Source: Psychroflexus sp. (lineage in GTDB: Bacteria; Bacteroidota; Bacteroidia; Flavobacteriales; Flavobacteriaceae). Taken from it: 35,795 nucleotides of DNA. Under the pieces are notes generated by a model. It had not been told where the DNA came from, made no database searches, and was given only the letters and a program-made list of their open reading frames with translations. The position numbers and the translations under genes are program-made. Location: contig PXBV01000310.1 of the NCBI GenBank assembly GCA_003565575.1, positions 1 to 35,795 of the forward strand, in the 5' to 3' direction. Every line of letters starts with the position of its first letter. The stretch's first letter is position 1. Below are positions 19,775-28,415 of this stretch, in pieces.

Positions 19775-19790
19775 ATGACCTTAATCATAT
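19775..19790 (-). promoter_or_regulatory. Crp/Fnr-type box (ATATGATTAAGGTCAT on the minus strand) for the ccoS-NO promoter, overlapping the ccoI stop codon
   Basis: TGA-N6-TCA core, 22 bp from the -7 element TAATTTTG (19745-19752). Confidence 0.65.
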
Positions 19791-22177
19791 TTCAAAGATT
19801 TACTGTTAATAATTGGTTTAGAAATATTCTGAGTAGCCAAAGTGGTAAAAACAACAATGGATACAGAACTTAAAGGCATTAGTATAGCGGCAATAACAGG
19901 CTGTAATTGACCTGTAAGCGCGAAATACAAACCCACAACATTATAAAGAAATGAGAACACAAAACTCATTTTAATAATGTTAATCCCTTTTTTGGCTATA
20001 CTTACATACGCATCAAGTTTAGAAAACTCTTTAGCGTCCATTATGGCATCACAAGCTGGGGAAAACACATTTACGTTTTCAGAAATGGCAATTCCAATAT
20101 CGGCTTGTTTTAGAGCTCCTGCATCATTCAGCCCATCACCAATCATAGCTACATTTTTGTTTTCTGATTGAATTTTTTCAATCAATCGCATTTTGGAATC
20201 TGGTTTTTGATTGAAAAACATCTGTGTGGTTTTAGGCAACATTTTGGTGAGAATTGGCTTTTCGCCCTCATTATCTCCTGAGAGTATGATTAGCTTATAG
20301 TTGGTGTCTAAAGACTCAAAAAGCGACTCTAAGCCTTGGCGGTAAACTGTATCAAATTCAAACTTCCCTAAATAGGTTTTGTCCTTACTTATATGAACTG
20401 CCGTTTTCAAATTTTGATCTATAAAATCATCAGAAACAAACTTTGCCGAGCCAAGCTTATAGGTGTGATTATTGCTAGAAGATACAATCCCTTCACCTAG
20501 ATGCTCTTCAAAGGTTTCAGAATCTTCAATATTTTGGCTTTCTAAAAATGCGTAAAGCTCTCTACTTAAAGGGTGATTAGAATTTCGAAACGAATTTTTA
20601 AGCACCCGTTTATCTTCTTCACTTAAGGTTAAGCCAGAATAAGAGATATCACTCTTTGTATTGGCCGTGAGTGTTCCTGTTTTATCAAAAACAAATACAT
20701 CTAAGTCTGCCATTTGTTCTAAAACACTGATGTTTTTTAAATAAAATCCTTGTTTACCAAAAATCCGCAATAAATTACCCATCGTAAAAGGTGTAGCTAG
20801 TGCAATAGCACATGGGCATGCAATGATAAGCACCGCAGTAAAAACATTTAATGCTAAACTTGCATCATAAAATAACCAAAAGAATAAACCTATAAAAGCA
20901 ATACTTAAAACAGCAAATGTGAATTGTTTACTGATTTTGTCTATTAAGCTCTGGAATTTTGGATTGTAATCTTTTTTAAAAACATCATTACTCCACAATT
21001 GAGTTAAGTAACTTTGTTCTACAGATTTTTCTGCTACTATCTCTACAGCACTACCGCTCTGTTTACCTCCTGCAAATACTTTATCGCCAGAGACTTTTTT
21101 TACCAGCTTTGCCTCACCTGTAACAAAACTATAATCAATTTCTGCGGAAGGAGACATCAAAATGCCGTCTACAGGAATTAACTCTTGATTTCGAATAAGT
21201 AACCTATCCCCTTTTTCGATCTCGTAAACTTGTGTATTTTCTTCTTTACCATTTGTGTTTAATTTGGTTACTGCTATGGGAAAGTAGGACTTATAATCCC
21301 TTTCAAAAGACATGAACTTGTAGGTTTTCTGCTGAACAATTTTACCTAAAAGTAAGAAAAACACTAAGCCTGTAAGGCTATCAAAAAATCCAGAGCCGAA
21401 ATCAAAAACAATATCTACTGTACTCCTTATAAAAAGAACGGCAATTCCTAATGCAATTGGAATATCAATGTTTAATATACCGCTCCTTAATCCTTTTATA
21501 GCAGATTTGAAATAACCCTGGCCAGCATAAAACACCACAGGCAAACTAAAGAAAAACATTAACCATCTAAAAACAGGTTTATATTGCTCGAGCCAATACT
21601 CAGAGACTTCAAAATACTCTGGAAAGCTTAAAAACATCACATTACCAAATGCAAAACCAGCCACGCCAATTTTATAAACCAGGCTTCTGTCTAAGGCTTC
21701 TTTGGACTGTCCATAATTTTCTAGACTTATGTAAGGTTCATAGCCTATTTTGGACATAAGTTCAACTAAGAGTTTTAAAGAAAAGTCATAAGTTTTGTAA
21801 CTTACAGTTACTTTCTTTTTTGGGAAATCAACTTGGGAAGAAACAATGTCCTTATTTAATTTATGAAGATTTTCTAAAATCCAAATGCAAGAGCTGCAGT
21901 GAATGTGCGGAATACTGAGCGTAACCACTTCAGTATTATCCTCTTGAAAATCTATCAATTTTTCAACAATTTCAGCTTTATCAAGATAATCATACTTCCC
22001 GTTGATATCTAAAGGCGTGGCTCCAGGATTTTGCTCTAGATCATAATAACAGTTCAAATCATTTTCAGAAAAAATTTCATAAACGGTTTTACAGCCATTG
22101 CAGCAAAACAATTTCTCTTCGTGTTTAATCTTGGTGTTGGTACACTCATCACCACAGTGAAAACAAATATTTGACAT
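19781..22177 (-). CDS. ccoI: Cu-type P1B ATPase of the cbb3 assembly pathway
   Basis: N-terminal CFHC..FCCNGC domain, HMA-like CSSC, TGEA, CPC, DKTGT, GDGLND. Confidence 0.93.
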   Translation of the reverse strand: MSNICFHCGDECTNTKIKHEEKLFCCNGCKTVYEIFSENDLNCYYDLEQNPGATPLDINGKYDYLDKAEIVEKLIDFQEDNTEVVTLSIPHIHCSSCIWILENLHKLNKDIVSSQVDFPKKKVTVSYKTYDFSLKLLVELMSKIGYEPYISLENYGQSKEALDRSLVYKIGVAGFAFGNVMFLSFPEYFEVSEYWLEQYKPVFRWLMFFFSLPVVFYAGQGYFKSAIKGLRSGILNIDIPIALGIAVLFIRSTVDIVFDFGSGFFDSLTGLVFFLLLGKIVQQKTYKFMSFERDYKSYFPIAVTKLNTNGKEENTQVYEIEKGDRLLIRNQELIPVDGILMSPSAEIDYSFVTGEAKLVKKVSGDKVFAGGKQSGSAVEIVAEKSVEQSYLTQLWSNDVFKKDYNPKFQSLIDKISKQFTFAVLSIAFIGLFFWLFYDASLALNVFTAVLIIACPCAIALATPFTMGNLLRIFGKQGFYLKNISVLEQMADLDVFVFDKTGTLTANTKSDISYSGLTLSEEDKRVLKNSFRNSNHPLSRELYAFLESQNIEDSETFEEHLGEGIVSSSNNHTYKLGSAKFVSDDFIDQNLKTAVHISKDKTYLGKFEFDTVYRQGLESLFESLDTNYKLIILSGDNEGEKPILTKMLPKTTQMFFNQKPDSKMRLIEKIQSENKNVAMIGDGLNDAGALKQADIGIAISENVNVFSPACDAIMDAKEFSKLDAYVSIAKKGINIIKMSFVFSFLYNVVGLYFALTGQLQPVIAAILMPLSSVSIVVFTTLATQNISKPIINSKSLKYD

Positions 22178-22224
22178 ATCATCTAATTATACTACAAATG
22201 TCTTACACATTTAAAATTTTAAAA

Positions 22225-22240
22225 ATGACAATCATCAGTT
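22225..22240 (-). promoter_or_regulatory. Crp/Fnr-type box (AACTGATGATTGTCAT on the minus strand) upstream of ccoI
   Basis: 14/16 identical to the hemN box, 22 bp from the -7-like GACATTTG (22195-22202). Confidence 0.7.
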
Positions 22241-22294
22241 AGAATCATGTTGAAAAATAAGTTCTTATATTTGCAAAAGAATTATAATAAATTT

Positions 22295-22843
22295 ATGAAA
22301 AAAATTTTAACATACCTAAGCTTATCTATACTTTTAACAAATGCTTCCATGGCTCAATCTTGGTTTGATGGACAATGTGATTTAGAGAATGAAGTAAGTA
22401 ATGAAAGCCTAGCATCTTCAAAAGAAAACAACACGTTAAATATCCTTTTAAATCAAGAAGGAGATCTTCTTATAAACACACTAAAAAGCAATGGTTTATC
22501 AGAAATAAAATTTAAAGAATTAGTTTATAACTTTATAATGAATCCAGCCAAAGATAAAACCAAAGCAAGTTCTCCTAAACAAGCTATTGTCTCAATAGGA
22601 ACCTACAATAAAGAGAATTCCTATGTGATTATGCTGAATTACATTAGAGAAGTTTATCTTTATGAGTGGGATAAGCAAGCACAAGAAAAATACAACTCCT
22701 CTTATCAGGATTTATCTTGCAAAAACAGAAAAAAAATAAGAGATAAAATACCATACCAAGTTATTGAATTGGATAAAGGGAAAACTAAACCTAAAATGAT
22801 AATGGGAGTGCCCTCATTTAAAGGAGACGTCATAGACAACTAG
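22295..22843 (+). CDS. Hypothetical secreted protein with ExbD-periplasmic-domain-like region
   Basis: Signal peptide MKKILTYLSLSILLTNASMA-Q. ATG 22295 follows a TATATTTG -7 element at 22266-22273. The NILLN..GDLL, SSPKQAIVS and YQDL...IPYQVIE segments recall Bacteroidota ExbD. Confidence 0.55.
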   Translation: MKKILTYLSLSILLTNASMAQSWFDGQCDLENEVSNESLASSKENNTLNILLNQEGDLLINTLKSNGLSEIKFKELVYNFIMNPAKDKTKASSPKQAIVSIGTYNKENSYVIMLNYIREVYLYEWDKQAQEKYNSSYQDLSCKNRKKIRDKIPYQVIELDKGKTKPKMIMGVPSFKGDVIDN

Positions 22844-23334
22844 ATATCCAGGTCAACTATCTTTACAACATAATCATCTTTTGGTTCTATTTCCAAGTGG
22901 AGACTGATGTAATCTTCAAAATTAATAAGCTCTAATTGGCCTTTCATTATTTTCACGTAACCCGAAGTTGCACAATCACACTGCTTATTTACAATAAGCT
23001 TTTGGTTTTGTAAACTATGGTTTTTGGATTGTATTTCCTTGAATGTAGAAGGAATTTGAAGGTAAATAATTTCGCTGTAATTATTTTGATCTAAGGCGGT
23101 ATAACGTATGGATATAACTTGAAAGTCAGAATCAGGTTCATAACTCAATCCTGTAACTTTTCCTTCATTTTCTTGTATGATTAGTTTGGTTTCTTTTAAT
23201 ACTTGAACATCGCATTGACCACTTTCTGGACAATTTTGTAGTAAAGGCAAATCGGTTTTTACACTTTTACAAGCCAAAATAATAAAAAGTAAGCAAAAGA
23301 AAACGTATTTCATTTTATTCATATTTGAATACAA
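22840..23334 (-). CDS. Hypothetical lipoprotein (CPxxGxC / YSEIIY / CxC family), start may be a few codons downstream
   Basis: Lipobox IILAC. Paralogous to 29814-30347. Confidence 0.75.
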   Translation of the reverse strand: MYSNMNKMKYVFFCLLFIILACKSVKTDLPLLQNCPESGQCDVQVLKETKLIIQENEGKVTGLSYEPDSDFQVISIRYTALDQNNYSEIIYLQIPSTFKEIQSKNHSLQNQKLIVNKQCDCATSGYVKIMKGQLELINFEDYISLHLEIEPKDDYVVKIVDLDI

Positions 23335-23417
23335 ATAAAGCCATACTAATCAAGATTTGTCAATTTATAAACAAATTTTTATTAGTGTTTCAGTTTTTAC
23401 CTTTAGAATAATAACTT

Positions 23418-23449
23418 TTGTTTAACTACAAACTTATTTTATTAAACAA
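23418..23449. promoter_or_regulatory. Inverted repeat TTGTTTAA-N16-TTAAACAA upstream of the SRPBCC gene
   Basis: Perfect 8-bp arms at 23418-23425 and 23442-23449. A related TTTGTCAA..TAAACAAA lies at about 23356-23375. Confidence 0.45.
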
Positions 23450-23470
23450 TTAAATATTTAATTTTGAACC

Positions 23471-23935
23471 ATGATATATGAGATAAACACTAAACAAAAA
23501 TTACCGATAAGCAAGGAGGAAGCTTGGTCATTTTTATCAAACCCTAAAAACCTTCAGAAAATCATGCCAGATAATATGGGTTTTGAAATTCTATCTGGAG
23601 CAGATAGAAAAATGTTTACTGGACAACTACTTCAATATAATGTTACTCCATTTCCTGGATTCAAAGCCAAATGGGTAACAGAAATTACACACGTAGAAGA
23701 ACCTAATTACTTTGTAGACATCCAATTATATGGTCCATACGCACTTTGGCACCACAAGCATTTTATACATGAAATTGAAGGTGGTGTGGAAGTAGAAGAT
23801 CTTGTTCATTATAAAGTCCCCTTAGGTGTTTTAGGAAGACTTGTACATCCCTTCCTTGTGAAACCAAAATTGGAAGAAATATTTAAAGCTAGAGAAGCAA
23901 AGATGATCGAAGAATTCGGTCATTTTGACAGTTAA
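23471..23935 (+). CDS. SRPBCC (START/polyketide cyclase-like) family protein
   Basis: AWSFLSNPKNL, WVTEITHV...YFVD.Q..GPY.LWHHKH motifs. Confidence 0.88.
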   Translation: MIYEINTKQKLPISKEEAWSFLSNPKNLQKIMPDNMGFEILSGADRKMFTGQLLQYNVTPFPGFKAKWVTEITHVEEPNYFVDIQLYGPYALWHHKHFIHEIEGGVEVEDLVHYKVPLGVLGRLVHPFLVKPKLEEIFKAREAKMIEEFGHFDS

Positions 23936-23951
23936 AATAAAAAATAAAATC

Positions 23952-24650
23952 ATGAAAAAGACTATTTTACTCATTGGAGGATCTAAAGGTATAGGCTTAG
24001 AAATCGTAAAAGAGTTGAGCCCCAATCACAATGTAATTGTGGCTTCAAGGTCTGATGAAAATTTAGCAGATTACGATGTAACCTATCATAAATTTGATGC
24101 CCTTACAGATGATATTACAGAGTTAGATTTACCAGAAACGCTAGACGGGTTTGTATACTGTCCGGGTAGCATCAATTTAAAACCATTTAAAATGATGAAA
24201 CCTAATGTATTTGAAGAAGATTTTCAACTCAATTTTATGAGTTTGGTAAAAACTACACATGGCGTTTTGTCCAAATTGAAAAATTCTAAACAAGCCAGCA
24301 TTGTTTATTTCAGTACGGTTGCTGTACAAACAGGTATGCCGTTTCATACCAGCGTAGCCGCTGCAAAAGGAGCCATTGAAGGCTTTGCAAGGTCTCTTGC
24401 TGCTGAATATGCACCATCCTTTAGAGTAAACGTTATTGCTCCATCTCTTGTAAATTCAGATTTAGCTGGAAAATTACTCAACAATGACAAGAAAAAAGAG
24501 AAAATGGATGAAAGACACCCACTCAAACGTGTTGGAGAACCTGCAGATATTGGCAAAATTGCTAGTTTCCTATTATCTGATGATTCTACTTGGATAACAG
24601 GTCAAGTTCTAGGCGTAGATGGCGGTATGGGAAGCCTAAATATAAGCTAA
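23952..24650 (+). CDS. Atypical SDR oxidoreductase (catalytic Tyr replaced)
   Basis: IGGSKGIG, RVNVIAPS, ITGQVLGVDGG. HTSVAAAK occupies the YxxxK position. ATG 23952 preferred. Confidence 0.88.
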   Translation: MKKTILLIGGSKGIGLEIVKELSPNHNVIVASRSDENLADYDVTYHKFDALTDDITELDLPETLDGFVYCPGSINLKPFKMMKPNVFEEDFQLNFMSLVKTTHGVLSKLKNSKQASIVYFSTVAVQTGMPFHTSVAAAKGAIEGFARSLAAEYAPSFRVNVIAPSLVNSDLAGKLLNNDKKKEKMDERHPLKRVGEPADIGKIASFLLSDDSTWITGQVLGVDGGMGSLNIS

Positions 24651-24667
24651 GATTTATTATAATTTAC

Positions 24668-24709
24668 AAAATCTTCTTACGAGCACATCACCTTGTAAGA
24701 AGATTTTTT
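24668..24709 (+). terminator. 16-bp stem hairpin between the SDR and photolyase genes
   Basis: AAAATCTTCTTACGAG-cacatcac-CTTGTAAGAAGATTTT with one G-U pair, ending in a T tract. Confidence 0.7.
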
Positions 24710-24732
24710 ATGTTTATTGAAAATTAGAAAAA

Positions 24733-26040
24733 ATGAGTAAAAAAGTAAGCGTATTTTGGTTCAGAAGGGATATGAGATTAGATGATAATGTAGGCTTATA
24801 CCATGCATTGTCTGGAGACCATCCCGTGTTACCCCTTTTTATTTTCGATAAACACATCTTAGATGAACTTCCAGAAGATGATGCTAGGGTTACTTTTATT
24901 TATAATCAACTTCAGAAAATGAGGACTCAGCTTCAAGAGCAATTTGGCTCTTCCATTGCTACTTATCATGATACACCAGAAAAGGCGATTGAGCAGGTTA
25001 TAAAAGATTTCGACGTTGAAGCTGTATATACCAACCGAGATTACGAGCCTTATGCCTACGAGCGGGATGCTAAGATCAAAGCACTATTGGCTGAAAATGG
25101 AATAGAATTTCATGATTTTAAAGATCAGGTTGTTTTTGAGAAAACTGAAGTTGAAAAGAATGATGGCGGTATGTATTTGGTGTTTACACCGTATATGAAG
25201 CAATGGAAAAAAGAATTTGAAAAAATCACTCTAAACACCTACCCGTCTGAAGATCTTCTGAAAAACACATATCAAAACTCAAAACTTCCCAATGTAAGCT
25301 TAGGCGAGATGGGATTTAAAACCGCTTCAATTGAAGTTCCAGATTATCATCTAGAAGACGAGTTTCTAGAAAACTACGAAGACACCCGTAATATTCCATC
25401 CATAAATGGAACCTCAAAATTAAGTCCTCACCTACGTTTTGGAAGTGTGGGCTACAGAAAAGTTGTCCTTAAAGCAGCTTCGGCTAAAAATGAAACTTTT
25501 TTAAACGAGCTAATCTGGAGAGAGTTTTATAAAGCCATACTCCATCACTATCCAGAAACACAAAACCGAGCTTTTAAACCTGTTTATGATGAGATTGAAT
25601 GGCGTAATAATCAAGACGAATTTGAAAAGTGGAAAACAGGTACTACTGGTTACCCAATTGTAGACGCAGGTATGCGCCAACTCAACGAAACCGGCTGGAT
25701 GCACAATAGAATTAGAATGGTTGTTGGTAGTTTTTTGTGCAAGCACTTGCTTATCGATTGGCGCTGGGGCGAAGCTTATTTTGCTGAAAAGCTTCTGGAT
25801 TATGAAATGTCCTCAAACATTGGTGGGTGGCAATGGGTGGCTGGTACTGGTGTAGATGCCGCTCCTTACTTTAGAGTGTTCAATCCTTATTCTCAAACGG
25901 ATAAATTTGATAAAGATAAAAAATACATCAAAAAATGGGTTCCAGAATTTAACACAAGCCAATACCCTGAACCTATGGTTGAGCATAAAATGGCTAGGGA
26001 ACGCTGTTTGGAAACCTATAAAGCTGCTGTAAAAAAATAA
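24733..26040 (+). CDS. phrB: Deoxyribodipyrimidine (CPD) photolyase
   Basis: WFRRDMRLDDN, TSKLSPHL, ELIWREF, TGYPIVDAGMRQL, WMHNRIRM, SNIGGWQW, FRVFNP. Confidence 0.93.
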   Translation: MSKKVSVFWFRRDMRLDDNVGLYHALSGDHPVLPLFIFDKHILDELPEDDARVTFIYNQLQKMRTQLQEQFGSSIATYHDTPEKAIEQVIKDFDVEAVYTNRDYEPYAYERDAKIKALLAENGIEFHDFKDQVVFEKTEVEKNDGGMYLVFTPYMKQWKKEFEKITLNTYPSEDLLKNTYQNSKLPNVSLGEMGFKTASIEVPDYHLEDEFLENYEDTRNIPSINGTSKLSPHLRFGSVGYRKVVLKAASAKNETFLNELIWREFYKAILHHYPETQNRAFKPVYDEIEWRNNQDEFEKWKTGTTGYPIVDAGMRQLNETGWMHNRIRMVVGSFLCKHLLIDWRWGEAYFAEKLLDYEMSSNIGGWQWVAGTGVDAAPYFRVFNPYSQTDKFDKDKKYIKKWVPEFNTSQYPEPMVEHKMARERCLETYKAAVKK

Positions 26041-26143
26041 TTTCTATATATTTGCTTCTCCTTTATTCAATATAACTTTTGAATCAAAAATTCTTTAATG
26101 AAAAAACTTTGGAGCTATACATTAACAAATGCTTAAGCTAGTT

Positions 26144-26159
26144 TTTAGACTTGCCTAAA
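26144..26159. promoter_or_regulatory. DtxR/MntR-type palindrome TTTAGACTTGCCTAAA
   Basis: TTTAG-N6-CTAAA immediately upstream of a DtxR-family gene. A -7 element TACTTTTG lies at 26208-26215. Confidence 0.6.
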
Positions 26160-26235
26160 TATTTTAGACCAATCAACTAAATAGTTTTTGAACTAAAAAT
26201 AAAGTCATACTTTTGTATAGCTTAAAAAATATTCT

Positions 26236-26889
26236 ATGTTTTCCTTATCTGAAGAAAATTACTTAAAGGCTATATTTCATTTGCAAAAAAATTCAGAAGC
26301 TGGTGTAAGCACCAATGCTCTTGCAGAAGAAATGCAAACCAAAGCTTCTTCTGTCACTGATATGATAAAAAAGCTTTCTGAAAAAAAGCTAGTGATTTAT
26401 GAAAAGTATCGTGGTGTTTATTTGTCTGAAACAGGCCGAAAAACAGCACTTCAAATTGTAAGAAAACACAGACTTTGGGAAGTGTTTCTTGTTGAAAAGC
26501 TAGGGTTTTCTTGGGATGAAGTCCATGAAGTTGCAGAAGAGTTGGAGCATATCAAATCAGAAAAGCTAATTTCAGAATTAGATAAGTTTTTAAACTATCC
26601 AAAAAGAGATCCTCATGGCGACCCAATTCCTGATGCTAAAGGTCATTTTCAAGTAGCTAATAAAACATTGCTTTCCAATCTATCTAAAGGAGAAAAAGGA
26701 ACATTAGTTGGGGTTAAAGATAGCTCATCAGAATTTCTGAAATACCTAGACAAAAATGCCATTGCGCTCGGCAAAACTATAGAAGTGCTAGACAAAGAAG
26801 ATTTTGACGGGTCAATGCTAATTCAATTGAAAGAAAAAAGTTTGAGGATTTCACCTATGGTCTCATCCAATATTTACATTAAAATCTAA
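26236..26889 (+). CDS. mntR: DtxR/MntR-family metal-dependent repressor with C-terminal FeoA domain
   Basis: SEENYLKAI, SVTDMIKKL, RKHRLWEVFL, AEELEH, DPHGDPIP. Confidence 0.92.
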   Translation: MFSLSEENYLKAIFHLQKNSEAGVSTNALAEEMQTKASSVTDMIKKLSEKKLVIYEKYRGVYLSETGRKTALQIVRKHRLWEVFLVEKLGFSWDEVHEVAEELEHIKSEKLISELDKFLNYPKRDPHGDPIPDAKGHFQVANKTLLSNLSKGEKGTLVGVKDSSSEFLKYLDKNAIALGKTIEVLDKEDFDGSMLIQLKEKSLRISPMVSSNIYIKI

Positions 26890-26891
26890 GC

Positions 26892-27713
26892 ATGGAATCC
26901 CTCATAGCGTTTTTTGAAGCACAAAATCCTGTGAAAGCTGCTCTAATTGCTACCATTTTCACTTGGCTTGTTACTGGACTTGGAGCGTCTTTGGTCTTTT
27001 TTTTCAAGACGATGAACAGAAAGTTTTTTGATACTATGCTAGGCTTTACTGGTGGTGTTATGGTAGCTGCTAGCTTCTGGAGCTTATTGGCACCTGGTAT
27101 AGAAATGAGTAAAGGAGAAGGCTTTATAAAGGTAATTCCCGCGGTGGTAGGTTTTGTATTGGGAGCGCTGTTTATCTTTGGACTGGATAGAATTTTGCCG
27201 CACTTGCACGTGAATTTTAAAGAAAATAGAAAAGAAGGCGTTAAAACCAAATGGCATAAATCTGTATTACTTACCTTGGCCATCACACTGCACAACATCC
27301 CAGAAGGTCTAGCTGTAGGCGTCCTTTTTGGCGGAGCAGCAGCAGGATTGGAAGGTGCAAGCATTGGTGGAGCTGTGGCCTTAGCTATAGGCATTGGTTT
27401 ACAAAACTTCCCAGAAGGTTTTGCAGTAGCTATGCCATTACGCGGTCTTGGACTTTCACGCTGGAAAAGTTTTAATTATGGGCATTTATCAGCCATTGTT
27501 GAGCCTTTTGCCGCGGTTCTTGGAGCTTGGGCAGTTCTCACCTTTGAGCCTATTTTACCCTACGCTCTTTGCTTTGCAGCTGGTGCCATGATTTTTGTAG
27601 TAATAGAAGAAGTAGTGCCAGAATCTCAGCAAGACCGAAACATTGACTTGGCTACACTTGGTTTTATTGGCGGCTTTGTGGTGATGATGACCTTAGATGT
27701 AGGTTTGAGCTAA
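26892..27713 (+). CDS. ZIP (ZupT/GufA) family divalent metal transporter
   Basis: LHNIPEG and LQNFPEG motifs, AAGAMIFVV.EE. Starts 2 bp after mntR. Confidence 0.93.
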   Translation: MESLIAFFEAQNPVKAALIATIFTWLVTGLGASLVFFFKTMNRKFFDTMLGFTGGVMVAASFWSLLAPGIEMSKGEGFIKVIPAVVGFVLGALFIFGLDRILPHLHVNFKENRKEGVKTKWHKSVLLTLAITLHNIPEGLAVGVLFGGAAAGLEGASIGGAVALAIGIGLQNFPEGFAVAMPLRGLGLSRWKSFNYGHLSAIVEPFAAVLGAWAVLTFEPILPYALCFAAGAMIFVVIEEVVPESQQDRNIDLATLGFIGGFVVMMTLDVGLS

Positions 27714-27812
27714 AACACCCTCTACAATATCACCAACATGAAGAGAGGATTTAAACCTTTTCGGGAAGATTGAGGTAAATGTTTCATTTAACAGAAACTC
27801 CACTTGTTATGT

Positions 27813-28415
27813 TTATAATTTTTCTTTTGGAAATGCTTTTTTGTTGAATACCACTAGCAAACCAAACCCTGTACTTATCGCCATATCAGCGATATTAAAG
27901 ACGGGTTCAAAAAAGACAAAACGCTCTCCACCCCAAATCGGTATCCAGTTGGGAAGTATATCATCATAAAGTGGAAAGTAAAGCATATCTACTACTTTGC
28001 CCTTCAGTAATTGTCCATAAGGATTTTCTGCAAATAAGGTAGCTACTTGACCTAAACTACCGTCAAAAATAACCCCATAAAACACAGAATCTATAATGTT
28101 ACCTATGGCACCAGCTAGAATTAAAGAAACGGATACAATCAATAGTTTAGGAGAGGCTTTCTTAATTGCATCCCACAACCAATACCCAATAAGCCCGATG
28201 GCGACGATACGAAAAGACGTGAGTATAAGTTTTCCATAGGCTCCAGGAATTTTGGCGCCCCAAGCCATGCCTTCATTCTCAACAAAAAGAATTTTAAACC
28301 AACTGAACACCTCAACCTCTTCGCCTAGCATAAAATGCGTTTTGATGTAAATTTTAGAGACTTGGTCTATTACTAGAATAAGGAGAATAAGTAGGGACGC
28401 TTTCTTTAAAGTCAT
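27813..28415 (-). CDS. lspA: Lipoprotein signal peptidase II
   Basis: DQVSK, NEGMAWG, GAIGNIIDS, VVDM, FNIAD. ATG 28415 preferred. Confidence 0.95.
   Translation of the reverse strand: MTLKKASLLILLILVIDQVSKIYIKTHFMLGEEVEVFSWFKILFVENEGMAWGAKIPGAYGKLILTSFRIVAIGLIGYWLWDAIKKASPKLLIVSVSLILAGAIGNIIDSVFYGVIFDGSLGQVATLFAENPYGQLLKGKVVDMLYFPLYDDILPNWIPIWGGERFVFFEPVFNIADMAISTGFGLLVVFNKKAFPKEKL

Noticed and set aside
26041-26235. Possible Mn-sensing (yybP-ykoY) riboswitch before mntR-ZIP
   Set aside because: Too AT-rich, and no recognisable conserved core or multi-stem structure.
26879-27394. 171-aa antisense ORF over the ZIP gene, and similar antisense ORFs over usp, gltB, ccoG, ccoP, ccoNO, the protease and the amidase
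   Set aside because: Shadow ORFs opposite well-supported genes, with no independent evidence.
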